Source: Eledone cirrhosa (taxonomy: Eukaryota). From it: a stretch of 64,000 bases of DNA. The stretch spans positions 434,372,001-434,436,000 of the forward strand of contig OZ024740.1 in NCBI GenBank assembly GCA_964016885.1, in the 5' to 3' direction. Shown piece by piece: positions 37,445-52,400 of the stretch (position 1 is the first letter of the stretch; every line of letters begins with the position of its first letter). The notes beneath the pieces are model-generated. The model was not told the DNA's origin. It saw only the letters and a list, made by a program, of their open reading frames with translations, and did no database searches. Both the position numbers and the translations under genes were made by a program.

Positions 37445-40400
37445 ACACCAGTTTCTCCATATACCAACAGTCTTCTCTCCTACACACCAGTTTCTCCATA
37501 TACCAACAGTCTTCTCCCCTACACACCAGTTTCTCCATATACCAACAGTCTTTTCCCCTACACACCAGTTTTTCCATATACCAACAGTCTTCTCCCCTAC
37601 ACACCAGTTTCTCCATATACCAACAGTCTTCTCCCCTACACACCAGTTTCTCCATATACCAACAGTCTGCTCTCCTACACACCAGTTTCTCCATATACCA
37701 ACAGTCTTCTCTCCTACACACCAGTTTCTCCATATACCAACAGTCTTCTCCCCTACACACCAGTTTCTCCATATACCAACAGTCTTTTCCCCTACACACC
37801 AGTTTTTCCATATACCAACAGTCTTCTCCCCTACACACCAGTTTCTCCATATACCAACAGTCTTCTCCCCTACACACCAGTTTCTCCATATACCAACAGT
37901 CTGCTCTCCTACACACCAGTTTCTCCATATACCAACAGTCTTCTCTCCTACACACCAGTTTCTCCATATACCAACAGTCTTCTCCCCTACACACCAGTTT
38001 CTCCATATACCAACAGTCTTCTCTCCTACACATCAATTTCTCCATATACCAACAGTCTTCTCTCCTACACACCAGTTTCTCCATATACCAACACAGTCTT
38101 CTCCCCTACACACCAGTTTCTCCATATACCAACAGTCTTCTCCCCTACACATCAATTTCTCCATATACCAACAGTCTTCTCTCCTACACACCAGTTTCTC
38201 CATATACCAACACAGTCTTCTCCCCTACACACCAGTTTCTTCATATACCAACAGTCTTCTCTCCTACACACCAGTTTCTCCATATACCAACAGTCTGCTC
38301 TCCTACACACCAGTTTCTCCATATACCAACAGTCTTCTCTCCTACACACCAGTTTCTCCATATACCAACAGTCTTCTCTCCTACACACCAGTTTCTCCAT
38401 ATACCAACAGTCTTCTGCCCTACACACCAGTTTCTCCATATACCAACAGTCTTCTCTCCTACACACCAGTTTCTTCATATACCAACACAGTCTTCTCTCC
38501 TACACACCAGTTTCTCCATATACCAACAGTCTTCTCTCCTACACACCAGTTTCTCCATATACCAACAGTCTTCTCCCCTACACACCAGTTTCTCCATATA
38601 CCAACACAGTCTTCTCTCCTACATACCAGTTTCTCCATATACCAACAGTCTTCTCTCCTACACACCAGTTTCTCCATATACCAACAGTCTTCTCTCCTAC
38701 ACACCAGTTTCTCCATATACCAACAGTCTTCTCCCCTACACACCACTTTCTCCATATACCAACAGTCTTCTCTCCTACACACCAGTTTCTTCATATACCA
38801 ACACAGTCTTCTCTCCTACACACCAGTTTCTCCATATACCAACAGTCTTCTCTCCTACACACCAGTTTCTCCATATACCAACAGTCTTCTCTCCTACACA
38901 CCAGTTTCTTCATATACCAACACAGTCTTCTCTCCTACACACCAGTTTCTCCATATACCAACAGTCTTCTCTCCTACACACCAGTTTCTCCATATACCAA
39001 CAGTCTTCTCCCCTACACACCAGTTTCTCCATATACCAACAGTCTTCTCCCCTACACACCAGTTTCTCCATATACCAACAGTCTTCTCTCCTACACACCA
39101 GTTTCTCCATATACCAACAGTCTTCTCCCCTACACACCAGTTTCTTCATATACCAACACAGTCTTCTCTCCTACACACCAGTTTCTCCATATACCAACAG
39201 TCTTCTCTCCTACACACCAGTTTCTCCATATACCAACAGTCTTCTCCCCTACACACCAGTTTCTCCATATACCAACACAGTCTTCTCTCCTACACACCAG
39301 TTTCTCCATATACCAACAGTCTTCTCTCCTACACACCAGTTTCTTCATATACCAACACAGTCTTCTCTCCTACACACCAGTTTCTCCATATACCAACAGT
39401 CTTCTCTCCTACACACCAGTTTCTCCATATACGAACAGTCTTCTCCCCTACACACCAGTTTCTCCATATACCAACAGTCTTCTCCCCTACACACCAGTTT
39501 CTCCATATACCAACAGTCTTCTCTCCTACACACCAGTTTCTCCATATACCAACAGTCTTCTCCCCTACACATCAATTTCTCCATATACCAACAGTCTTCT
39601 CTCCTACACACCAGTTTCTCCATATACCAACAGTCTTCTCTCCTACACACCAGTTTCTCCATATACCAACAGTCTTCTCCCCTACACACCAGTTTCTCCA
39701 TATACCAACAGTCTTCTCTCCTACACACCAGTTTCTTCATATACCAACACAGTCTTCTCTCCTACACACCAGTTTCTCCATATACCAACAGTCTTCTCTC
39801 CTACACACCAGTTTCTCCATATACCAACAGTCTTCTCCCCTACACACCAGTTTCTCCATATACCAACACAGTCTTCTCTCCTACATACCAGTTTCTCCAT
39901 ATACCAACAGTCTTCTCTCCTACACACCAGTTTCTCCATATACCAACAGTCTTCTCCCCTACACACCAGTTTCTCCATATACCAACAGTCTTCTCCCCTA
40001 CACACCAGTTTCTCCATATACCAACAGTCTTCTCTCCTACACACCAGTTTCTTCATATACCAACAGTCTTCTCCCCTACACACCAGTTTCTCCATATACC
40101 AACACAGTCTTCTCTCCTACATACCAGTTTCTCCATATACCAACAGTCTTCTCTCCTACACACCAGTTTCTCCATATACCAACAGTCTTGTCTCCTACAC
40201 ACCAGTTTCTCCATATACCAACAGTCTTCTCTCCTACACACCAGTTTCTCCATATACCAACAGTCTTCTCTCCTACACACCAGTTTCTTCATATACCAAC
40301 ACAGTCTTCTCTCCTACACACCAGTTTCTCCATATACCAACAGTCTTCTCTCCTACACACCAGTTTCTCCATATACCAACAGTCTTCTCCCCTACACACC

Positions 40401-43400
40401 AGTTTCTCCATATACCAACAGTCTTCTCCCCTACACACCAGTTTCTCCATATACCAACAGTCTTCTCTCCTACACACCAGTTTCTCCATATACCAACAGT
40501 CTTCTCCCCTACACACCAGTTTCTTCATATACCAACACAGTCTTCTCTCCTACACACCAGTTTCTCCATATACCAACAGTCTTCTCTCCTACACACCAGT
40601 TTCTCCATATACCAACAGTCTTCTCCCCTACACACCAGTTTCTCCATATACCAACACAGTCTTCTCTCCTACACACCAGTTTCTCCATATACCAACAGTC
40701 TTCTCTCCTACACACCAGTTTCTTCATATACCAACACAGTCTTCTCTCCTACACACCAGTTTCTCCATATACCAACAGTCTTCTCTCCTACACACCAGTT
40801 TCTCCATATACGAACAGTCTTCTCCCCTACACACCAGTTTCTCCATATACCAACAGTCTTCTCCCCTACACACCAGTTTCTCCATATACCAACAGTCTTC
40901 TCTCCTACACACCAGTTTCTCCATATACCAACAGTCTTCTCCCCTACACATCAATTTCTCCATATACCAACAGTCTTCTCTCCTACACACCAGTTTCTCC
41001 ATATACCAACAGTCTTCTCTCCTACACACCAGTTTCTCCATATACCAACAGTCTTCTCCCCTACACACCAGTTTCTCCATATACCAACAGTCTTCTCTCC
41101 TACACACCAGTTTCTTCATATACCAACACAGTCTTCTCTCCTACACACCAGTTTCTCCATATACCAACAGTCTTCTCTCCTACACACCAGTTTCTCCATA
41201 TACCAACAGTCTTCTCCCCTACACACCAGTTTCTCCATATACCAACACAGTCTTCTCTCCTACATACCAGTTTCTCCATATACCAACAGTCTTCTCTCCT
41301 ACACACCAGTTTCTCCATATACCAACAGTCTTCTCCCCTACACACCAGTTTCTCCATATACCAACAGTCTTCTCCCCTACACACCAGTTTCTCCATATAC
41401 CAACAGTCTTCTCTCCTACACACCAGTTTCTTCATATACCAACAGTCTTCTCCCCTACACACCAGTTTCTCCATATACCAACACAGTCTTCTCTCCTACA
41501 TACCAGTTTCTCCATATACCAACAGTCTTCTCTCCTACACACCAGTTTCTCCATATACCAACAGTCTTGTCTCCTACACACCAGTTTCTCCATATACCAA
41601 CAGTCTTCTCCCCTACACACCAGTTTCTTCATATACCAACACAGTCTTCTCTCCTACACACCAGTTTCTCCATATACCAACAGTCTTCTCTCCTACACAC
41701 CAGTTTCTCCATATACCAACAGTCTTCTCCCCTACACACCAGTTTCTCCATATACCAACACAGTCTTCTCTCCTACACACCAGTTTCTCCATATACCAAC
41801 ACAGTCTTCTCTCCTACACACCAGTTTCTTCATATACCAACACAGTCTTCTCTCCTACACACCAGTTTCTCCATATACCAACAGTCTTCTCTCCTACACA
41901 CCAGTTTCTCCATATACCAACAGTCTTCTCCCCTACACACCAGTTTCTCCATATACCAACAGTCGTCTCCCCTACACACCAGTTTCTCCATATACCAAAA
42001 GTCTTCTCTCCTACACACCAGTTTCTCCATATACCAACAGTCTTCTCCCCTACACATCAATTTCTCCATATACCAACAGTCTTCTCTCCTACACACCAGT
42101 TTCTCCATATACCAACAGTCTTCTCTCCTACACACCAGTTTCTCCATATACCAACAGTCTTCTCCCCTACACACCAGTTTCTCCATATACCAACAGTCTT
42201 CTCTCCTACACACCAGTTTCTTCATATACCAACACAGTCTTCTCTCCTACACACCAGTTTCTCCATATACCAACAGTCTTCTCTCCTACACACCAGTTTC
42301 TCCATATACCAACAGTCTTCTCCCCTACACACCAGTTTCTCCATATACCAACACAGTCTTCTCTCCTACATACCAGTTTCTCCATATACCAACAGTCTTC
42401 TCTCCTACACACCAGTTTCTCCATATACCAACAGTCTTCTCCCCTACACACCAGTTTCTCCATATACCAACAGTCTTCTCTCCAACACACCAGTTTCTTC
42501 ATATACCAACAGTCTTCTCCCCTACACACCAGTTTCTCCATATACCAACACAGTCTTCTCTCCTACATACCAGTTTCTCCATATACCAACAGTCTTCTCT
42601 CCTACACACCAGTTTCTCCATATACCAACAGTCTTCTCTCCTACACACCAGTTTCTCCATATACCAACACAGTCTTCTCTCCTACACATCAGTTTCTCCA
42701 TATACCAACAGTCTTCTCTCCTACACACCAGTTTCTCCATATACCAACACAGTCTTCTCTCCTACACACCAGTTTCTTCATATACCAACACAGTCTTCTC
42801 TCCTACACACCAGTTTCTCCATATACCAACAGTCTTCTCTCTTACACACCAGTTTCTCCATATACCAACACAGTCTTCTCTCCTACACACCAGTTTCTCC
42901 ATATACCAACACAGTCTTCTCTCCTACACACCAGTTTCTTCATATACCAACACAGTCTTCTCTCCTACACACCAGTTTCTCCATATACCAACAGTCTTCT
43001 CCCCTACACACCAGTTTCTCCATATACCAACAGTCTTCTCCCCTACACACCAGTTTCTCCATATACCAACAGTCTTCTCTCCTACACACCAGTTTCATCA
43101 TATACCAACACAGTCTTCTCTCCTACACACCAGTTTCTGCATATACCAACAGTCTTCTCTCCTACACACCAGTTTCTCCATATACCAACAGTCTTCTCTC
43201 CTACACACCAGTTTCTCCATATACCAACAGTCTTCTCTCCTACACACCAGTTTCTCCATATACCAACAGTCTTCTCTCCTACACACCAGTTTCTCCATAT
43301 ACCAACAGTCTTCTATCCTACACACCAGTTTCTCCATATACCAACAGTCTTCTCTCCTACACACCAGTTTCTCCATATACCAACACAGTCTTCTCCCCTA

Positions 43401-46400
43401 CACACCTGTTTCTCCATATACCAACAGTCTTCTCTCCTACACACCAGTTTCTCCATATACCAACAGTCTTCTCTCCTACACACCAGTTTCTCCATATACC
43501 AACAGTCTTCTCTCCTACACACCAGTCTCTCCATATACCAACAGTCTTCTCCCCTACACACCAGTTTCTCCATATACCAACAGTCTTCTCTCCTACACTC
43601 CAGTTTCTTCATATACCAACACAGTCTTCTCTCCTACACACCAGTTTCTCCATATACCAACACAGTCTTCTCTCCTACACACCAGTTTCTCCATATACCA
43701 ACAGTCTTCTCTCCTACACACCAGTTTCTCCATATACCAACAGTCTTCTCCCCTACACACCAGTTTCTCCATATACCAACAGTCTTCTCCCCTACACATC
43801 AATTTCTCCATATACCAACAGTCTTCTCTCCTACACACCAGTTTCTCCATATACCAACAGTCTTCTCCCCTACACACCAGTTTCTCCATATACCAACAGT
43901 CTTCTCTCCTACACACCAGTTTCTTCATATACCAACACAGTCTTCTCTCCTACACACCAGTTTCTCCATATACCAACACAGTCTTCTCTCCTACACACCA
44001 GTTTCTCCATATACCAACAGTCTTCTCTCCTACACACCAGTTTCTCCATATACCAACAGTCTTCTCTCCTACACACCAGTTCCTCCATATACCAACAGTC
44101 TTCTCTCCTACACACCAGTTTCTCCATATACCAACACAGTCTTCTCTCCTACACACCAGTTTCTCCATATACCAACACAGTCTTCTCTCCTACACACCAG
44201 TTTCTCCATATACCAACAGTCTTCTCTCCTACACACCAGTTCCTCCATATACCAACACAGTCTTCTCTCCTACACACCAGTTTCTCCATATACCAACAGT
44301 CTTCTCTCCTACACACCAGTTTCTCCATATACCAACACAGTCTTCTCCCCTACACACCAGTTTCTCCATATACCAACAGTCTTCTCTCCTACACACCAGT
44401 TTCTCCATATACCAACAGTCTTCTCTCCTACACACCAGTTTCTCCATATACCAACAGTCTTCTCTCCTACACACCAGTTTCTCCATATACCAACAGTCTT
44501 CTCCCCTACACACCAGTTTCTCCATATACCAACACAGTCTTCTCTCCTACACACCAGTTTCTCCATATACCAACACAGTCTTCTCTCCTACACACCAGTT
44601 TCTCCATATACCAACACAGTCTTCTCCCCTACACACCACTTTCTCCATATACCAACACAGTCTTCTCTCCTACACACCAGTTTCTCCATATACCAACACA
44701 GTCTCCTCTCCTACACACCAGTTTCTCCATATACCAACACAGTCTTCTCCCCTACACACCAGTTTCTCCATATACCAACACAGTCTTCTCTCCTACACAC
44801 CAGTTTCTCCATATACCAACAGTCTTCTCTCCTACACACCAGTTCCTCCATATACCAACACAGTCTTCTCTCCTACACACCAGTTTCTCCATATACCAAC
44901 AGTCTTCTCTCCTACATACAAGTTTCTTGATATACCAACAGTCTTCTCTCCTACACACCAGTTTCTCCATATACCAACAATCTTCTCTCCTACACATCAG
45001 TTTCTCCATATACCAACACAGTCTTCTCCCCTACACACCAGTTTCTCCATATACCAACAGTCTTCTCTCCTACACACCAGTTTCTCCATATACCAACAGT
45101 CTTCTCTACTACACACCAGTTTCTCCATATACCAACAGTCTTCTCCCCTACACACCAGTTTCTCCATATACCAACAGTCTTCTCTCCTACACACCAGTTC
45201 CTCCATATACCAACACAGTCTTCTCTCCTACACACCAGTTCCTCCATATACCAACAGTCTTCTCTCCTACACACCAGTTTCTCCATATACCAACACAGTC
45301 TTCTCTCCTACACACCTGTTTCTCCATATACCAACAGTCTTCTCTCCTACACACCAGTTCCTCCATATACCAACACAGTCTTCTCTCCTACACACCAGTT
45401 TCTCCATATACCAACACAGTCTTCTCTCCTACACACCAGTTTCTGCATATACCAACAGTCTTCTCTCCTACACACCAGTTTCTCCATATACCAACAGTCT
45501 TCTCTCCTACACACCAGTTTCTCCATATACCAACAGTCTTCTCTCCTACACACCAGTTTCTCCATATACCAACAGTCTTCTCTCCTACACACCAGTTTCT
45601 CCATATACCAACAGTCTTCTATCCTACACACCAGTTTCTCCATATACCAACAGTCTTCTCTCCTACACACCAGTTTCTCCATATACCAACACAGTCTTCT
45701 CCCCTACACACCTGTTTCTCCATATACCAACAGTCTTCTCTCCTACACACCAGTTTCTCCATATACCAACAGTCTTCTCTCCTACACACCAGTTTCTCCA
45801 TATACCAACAGTCTTCTCTCCTACACACCAGTCTCTCCATATACCAACAGTCTTCTCCCCTACACACCAGTTTCTCCATATACCAACAGTCTTCTCTCCT
45901 ACACTCCAGTTTCTTCATATACCAACACAGTCTTCTCTCCTACACACCAGTTTCTCCATATACCAACACAGTCTTCTCTCCTACACACCAGTTTCTCCAT
46001 ATACCAACAGTCTTCTCTCCTACACACCAGTTTCTCCATATACCAACAGTCTTCTCCCCTACACACCAGTTTCTCCATATACCAACAGTCTTCTCCCCTA
46101 CACATCAATTTCTCCATATACCAACAGTCTTCTCTCCTACACACCAGTTTCTCCATATACCAACAGTCTTCTCCCCTACACACCAGTTTCTCCATATACC
46201 AACAGTCTTCTCTCCTACACACCAGTTTCTTCATATACCAACACAGTCTTCTCTCCTACACACCAGTTTCTCCATATACCAACACAGTCTTCTCTCCTAC
46301 ACACCAGTTTCTCCATATACCAACAGTCTTCTCTCCTACACACCAGTTTCTCCATATACCAACAGTCTTCTCTCCTACACACCAGTTCCTCCATATACCA

Positions 46401-49400
46401 ACAGTCTTCTCTCCTACACACCAGTTTCTCCATATACCAACACAGTCTTCTCTCCTACACACCAGTTTCTCCATATACCAACACAGTCTTCTCTCCTACA
46501 CACCAGTTTCTCCATATACCAACAGTCTTCTCTCCTACACACCAGTTCCTCCATATACCAACACAGTCTTCTCTCCTACACACCAGTTTCTCCATATACC
46601 AACAGTCTTCTCTCCTACACACCAGTTTCTCCATATACCAACACAGTCTTCTCCCCTACACACCAGTTTCTCCATATACCAACAGTCTTCTCTCCTACAC
46701 ACCAGTTTCTCCATATACCAACAGTCTTCTCTCCTACACACCAGTTTCTCCATATACCAACAGTCTTCTCTCCTACACACCAGTTTCTCCATATACCAAC
46801 AGTCTTCTCCCCTACACACCAGTTTCTCCATATACCAACACAGTCTTCTCTCCTACACACCAGTTTCTCCATATACCAACACAGTCTTCTCTCCTACACA
46901 CCAGTTTCTCCATATACCAACACAGTCTTCTCCCCTACACACCACTTTCTCCATATACCAACACAGTCTTCTCTCCTACACACCAGTTTCTCCATATACC
47001 AACACAGTCTCCTCTCCTACACACCAGTTTCTCCATATACCAACACAGTCTTCTCCCCTACACACCAGTTTCTCCATATACCAACACAGTCTTCTCTCCT
47101 ACACACCAGTTTCTCCATATACCAACAGTCTTCTCTCCTACACACCAGTTCCTCCATATACCAACACAGTCTTCTCTCCTACACACCAGTTTCTCCATAT
47201 ACCAACAGTCTTCTCTCCTACATACAAGTTTCTTGATATACCAACAGTCTTCTCTCCTACACACCAGTTTCTCCATATACCAACAATCTTCTCTCCTACA
47301 CATCAGTTTCTCCATATACCAACACAGTCTTCTCCCCTACACACCAGTTTCTCCATATACCAACAGTCTTCTCTCCTACACACCAGTTTCTCCATATACC
47401 AACAGTCTTCTCTACTACACACCAGTTTCTCCATATACCAACAGTCTTCTCCCCTACACACCAGTTTCTCCATATACCAACAGTCTTCTCTCCTACACAC
47501 CAGTTCCTCCATATACCAACACAGTCTTCTCTCCTACACACCAGTTCCTCCATATACCAACAGTCTTCTCTCCTACACACCAGTTTCTCCATATACCAAC
47601 ACAGTCTTCTCTCCTACACACCTGTTTCTCCATATACCAACAGTCTTCTCTCCTACACACCAGTTCCTCCATATACCAACACAGTCTTCTCTCCTACACA
47701 CCAGTTTCTCCATATACCAACACAGTCTTCTCTCCTACACACCAGTTTCTCCATATACCAACACAGTCTTCTCCCCTACACACCAGTTTCTCCATATGCC
47801 AACAGTCTTCTCTCCTACACACCAGTTTCTCCATATACCAACAGTCTTCTCTCCTACACACCAGTTTCTGCATATACCAACAGTCTTCTCTCCTACACAC
47901 CAGTTTCTCCATATACCAACAGTCTTCTCTCCTACACACCAGTTTCTCCATATACCAACAGTCTTCTCTCCTACACACCAGTTTCTCCATATACCAACAG
48001 TCTTCTCTCCTACACACCAGTTTCTCCATATACCAACAGTCTTCTCTCCTACACACCAGTTTCTCCATATACCAACACAGTCTTCTCTCCTACACACCAG
48101 TTTCTCCATATACCAACAGTCTTCTCTCCTACACACCAGTTTCTCCATATACCAACAGTCTTCTCTCCTACACACCAGTCTCTCCATATACCAACAGTCT
48201 TCTCCCCTACACACCAGTTTCTCCATATACCAACAGTCTTCTCTCCTACACACCAGTTTCTTCATATACCAACACAGTCTTCTCCCCTACACACCAGTTT
48301 CTCCATATACCAACAGTCTTCTCTCCTACACACCAGTTTCTCCATATACCAACAGTCTTCTCTCCTACACACCAGTTTCTCCATATACCAACAGTCTTCT
48401 CTCCTACACACCAGTTTCTCCATATACCAACAATCTTCTCTCCTACACACCAGTTTCTCCATATACCAACAGTCTTCTCTCCTACACACCAGTTTCTCCA
48501 TATACCAACAGTCTTCTCCCCAACACACCAGATTCTCCATATACCAACAGTCTTCTCCCCTACACACCAGATTCTCCATATACCAACAGTCTTCTCCCCT
48601 ACACACCAGTTTCTCCATATACCAACAGTCTTCTCCCCTACACACCAGTTTCTCCATATACCAACAGTCTTCTCCCCTACACATCAATTTCTCCATGTAC
48701 CAACAGTCTTCTCTCCTACACACCAGTTTCTCCATATACCAACAGTCTTCTCCCCTACACACCAGTTTCTCCATATACCAACAGTCTTCTCTCCTACACA
48801 CCAGTTTCTTCATATACCAACACAGTCTTCTCTCCTACACACCAGTTTCTCCATATACCAACACAGTCTTCTCTCCTACACACCAGTTTCTCCATATACC
48901 AACAGTCTTCTCTCCTACACACCAGTTTCTCCATATACCAACAGTCTTCTCTCCTACACACCAGTTTCTCCATATACCAACACAGTCTTCTCTCCTACAC
49001 ACCAGTTTCTCCATATACCAACAGTCTTCTCTCCTACACACCAGTTTCTCCATATACCAACAGTCTTCTCTCCTACACACCAGTCTCTCCATATACCAAC
49101 AGTCTTCTCCCCTACACACCAGTTTCTCCATATACCAACAGTCTTCTCTCCTACACACCAGTTTCTTCATATACCAACACAGTCTTCTCCCCTACACACC
49201 AGTTTCTCCATATACCAACAGTCTTCTCTCCTACACACCAGTTTCTCCATATACCAACAGTCTTCTCTCCTACACACCAGTTTCTCCATATACCAACAGT
49301 CTTCTCTCCTACACACCAGTTTCTCCATATACCAACAATCTTCTCTCCTACACACCAGTTTCTCCATATACCAACAGTCTTCTCTCCTACACACCAGTTT

Positions 49401-52400
49401 CTCCATATACCAACAGTCTTCTCCCCAACACACCAGATTCTCCATATACCAACAGTCTTCTCCCCTACACACCAGATTCTCCATATACCAACAGTCTTCT
49501 CCCCTACACACCAGTTTCTCCATATACCAACAGTCTTCTCCCCTACACACCAGTTTCTCCATATACCAACAGTCTTCTCCCCTACACATCAATTTCTCCA
49601 TGTACCAACAGTCTTCTCTCCTACACACCAGTTTCTCCATATACCAACAGTCTTCTCCCCTACACACCAGTTTCTCCATATACCAACAGTCTTCTCTCCT
49701 ACACACCAGTTTCTTCATATACCAACACAGTCTTCTCTCCTACACACCAGTTTCTCCATATACCAACACAGTCTTCTCTCCTACACACCAGTTTCTCCAT
49801 ATACCAACAGTCTTCTCTCTTACACACCAGTTTCTCCATATACCAACACAGTCTTCTCTCCTACACACCAGTTTCTCCATATACCAACACAGTCTTCTCT
49901 CCTACACACCAGTTTCTTCATATACCAACACAGTCTTCTCTCCTACACACCAGTTTCTCCATATACCAACAGTCTTCTCCCCTACACACCAGTTTCTCCA
50001 TATACCAACAGTCTTCTCCCCTACACACCAGTTTCTCCATATACCAACAGTCTTCTCTCCTACACACCAGTTTCATCATATACCAACACAGTCTTCTCTC
50101 CTACACACCAGTTTCTGCATATACCAACAGTCTTCTCTCCTACACACCAGTTTCTCCATATACCAACAGTCTTCTCTCCTACACACCAGTTTCTCCATAT
50201 ACCAACAGTCTTCTCTCCTACACACCAGTTTCTCCATATACCAACAGTCTTCTCTCCTACACACCAGTTTCTCCATATACCAACAGTCTTCTCTCCTACA
50301 CACCAGTTTCTCCATATACCAACAGTCTTCTCTCCTACACACCAGTTTCTCCATATACCAACACAGTCTTCTCCCCTACACACCTGTTTCTCCATATACC
50401 AACAGTCTTCTCTCCTACACACCAGTTTCTCCATATACCAACAGTCTTCTCTCCTACACACCAGTTTCTCCATATACCAACAGTCTTCTCTCCTACACAC
50501 CAGTCTCTCCATATACCAACAGTCTTCTCCCCTACACACCAGTTTCTCCATATACCAACAGTCTTCTCTCCTACACACCAGTTTCTTCATATACCAACAC
50601 AGTCTTCTCTCCTACACACCAGTTTCTCCATATACCAACACAGTCTTCTCTCCTACACACCAGTTTCTCCATATACCAACAGTCTTCTCTCCTACACACC
50701 AGTTTCTCCATATACCAACAGTCTTCTCCCCTACACACCAGTTTCTCCATATACCAACAGTCTTCTCCCCTACACATCAATTTCTCCATATACCAACAGT
50801 CTTCTCTCCTACACACCAGTTTCTCCATATACCAACAGTCTTCTCCCCTACACACCAGTTTCTCCATATACCAACAGTCTTCTCTCCTACACACCAGTTT
50901 CTTCATATACCAACACAGTCTTCTCTCCTACACACCAGTTTCTCCATATACCAACACAGTCTTCTCTCCTACACACCAGTTTCTCCATATACCAACAGTC
51001 TTCTCTCCTACACACCAGTTTCTCCATATACCAACAGTCTTCTCTCCTACACACCAGTTCCTCCATATACCAACAGTCTTCTCTCCTACACACCAGTTTC
51101 TCCATATACCAACACAGTCTTCTCTCCTACACACCAGTTTCTCCATATACCAACACAGTCTTCTCTCCTACACACCAGTTTCTCCATATACCAACAGTCT
51201 TCTCTCCTACACACCAGTTCCTCCATATACCAACACAGTCTTCTCTCCTACACACCAGTTTCTCCATATACCAACAGTCTTCTCTCCTACACACCAGTTT
51301 CTCCATATACCAACACAGTCTTCTCCCCTACACACCAGTTTCTCCATATACCAACAGTCTTCTCTCCTACACACCAGTTTCTCCATATACCAACAGTCTT
51401 CTCTCCTACACACCAGTTTCTCCATATACCAACAGTCTTCTCTCCTACACACCAGTTTCTCCATATACCAACAGTCTTCTCCCCTACACACCAGTTTCTC
51501 CATATACCAACACAGTCTTCTCTCCTACACACCAGTTTCTCCATATACCAACACAGTCTTCTCTCCTACACACCAGTTTCTCCATATACCAACACAGTCT
51601 TCTCCCCTACACACCACTTTCTCCATATACCAACACAGTCTTCTCTCCTACACACCAGTTTCTCCATATACCAACACAGTCTCCTCTCCTACACACCAGT
51701 TTCTCCATATACCAACACAGTCTTCTCCCCTACACACCAGTTTCTCCATATACCAACACAGTCTTCTCTCCTACACACCAGTTTCTCCATATACCAACAG
51801 TCTTCTCTCCTACACACCAGTTCCTCCATATACCAACACAGTCTTCTCTCCTACACACCAGTTTCTCCATATACCAACAGTCTTCTCTCCTACATACAAG
51901 TTTCTTCATATACCAACAGTCTTCTCTCCTACACACCAGTTTCTCCATATACCAACAGTCTTCTCTCCTACACAGCAGTTTCTCCATATACCAACACAGT
52001 CTTCTCCCCTACACACCAGTTTCTCCATATACCAACAGTCTTCTCTCCTACACACCAGTTTCTGCATATACCAACAGTCTTCTCTCCTACACACCAGTTT
52101 CTCCATATACCAACAGTCTTCTCCCCTACACACCAGTTTCTCCATATACCAACAGTCTTCTCTCCTACACACCAGTTCCTCCATATACCAACACAGTCTT
52201 CTCTCCTACACACCAGTTCCTCCATATACCAACAGTCTTCTCTCCTACACACCAGTTTCTCCATATACCAACACAGTCTTCTCTCCTACACACCTGTTTC
52301 TCCATATACCAACAGTCTTCTCTCCTACACACCAGTTCCTCCATATACCAACACAGTCTTCTCTCCTACACACCAGTTTCTCCATATACCAACACAGTCT

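Noticed and set aside
36804-38084. 426-aa ORF with Cys-rich repeats fused to an RT C-terminus
   Set aside because: Chance in-frame join of satellite D to a 5'-truncated LINE that lacks the catalytic RT core.
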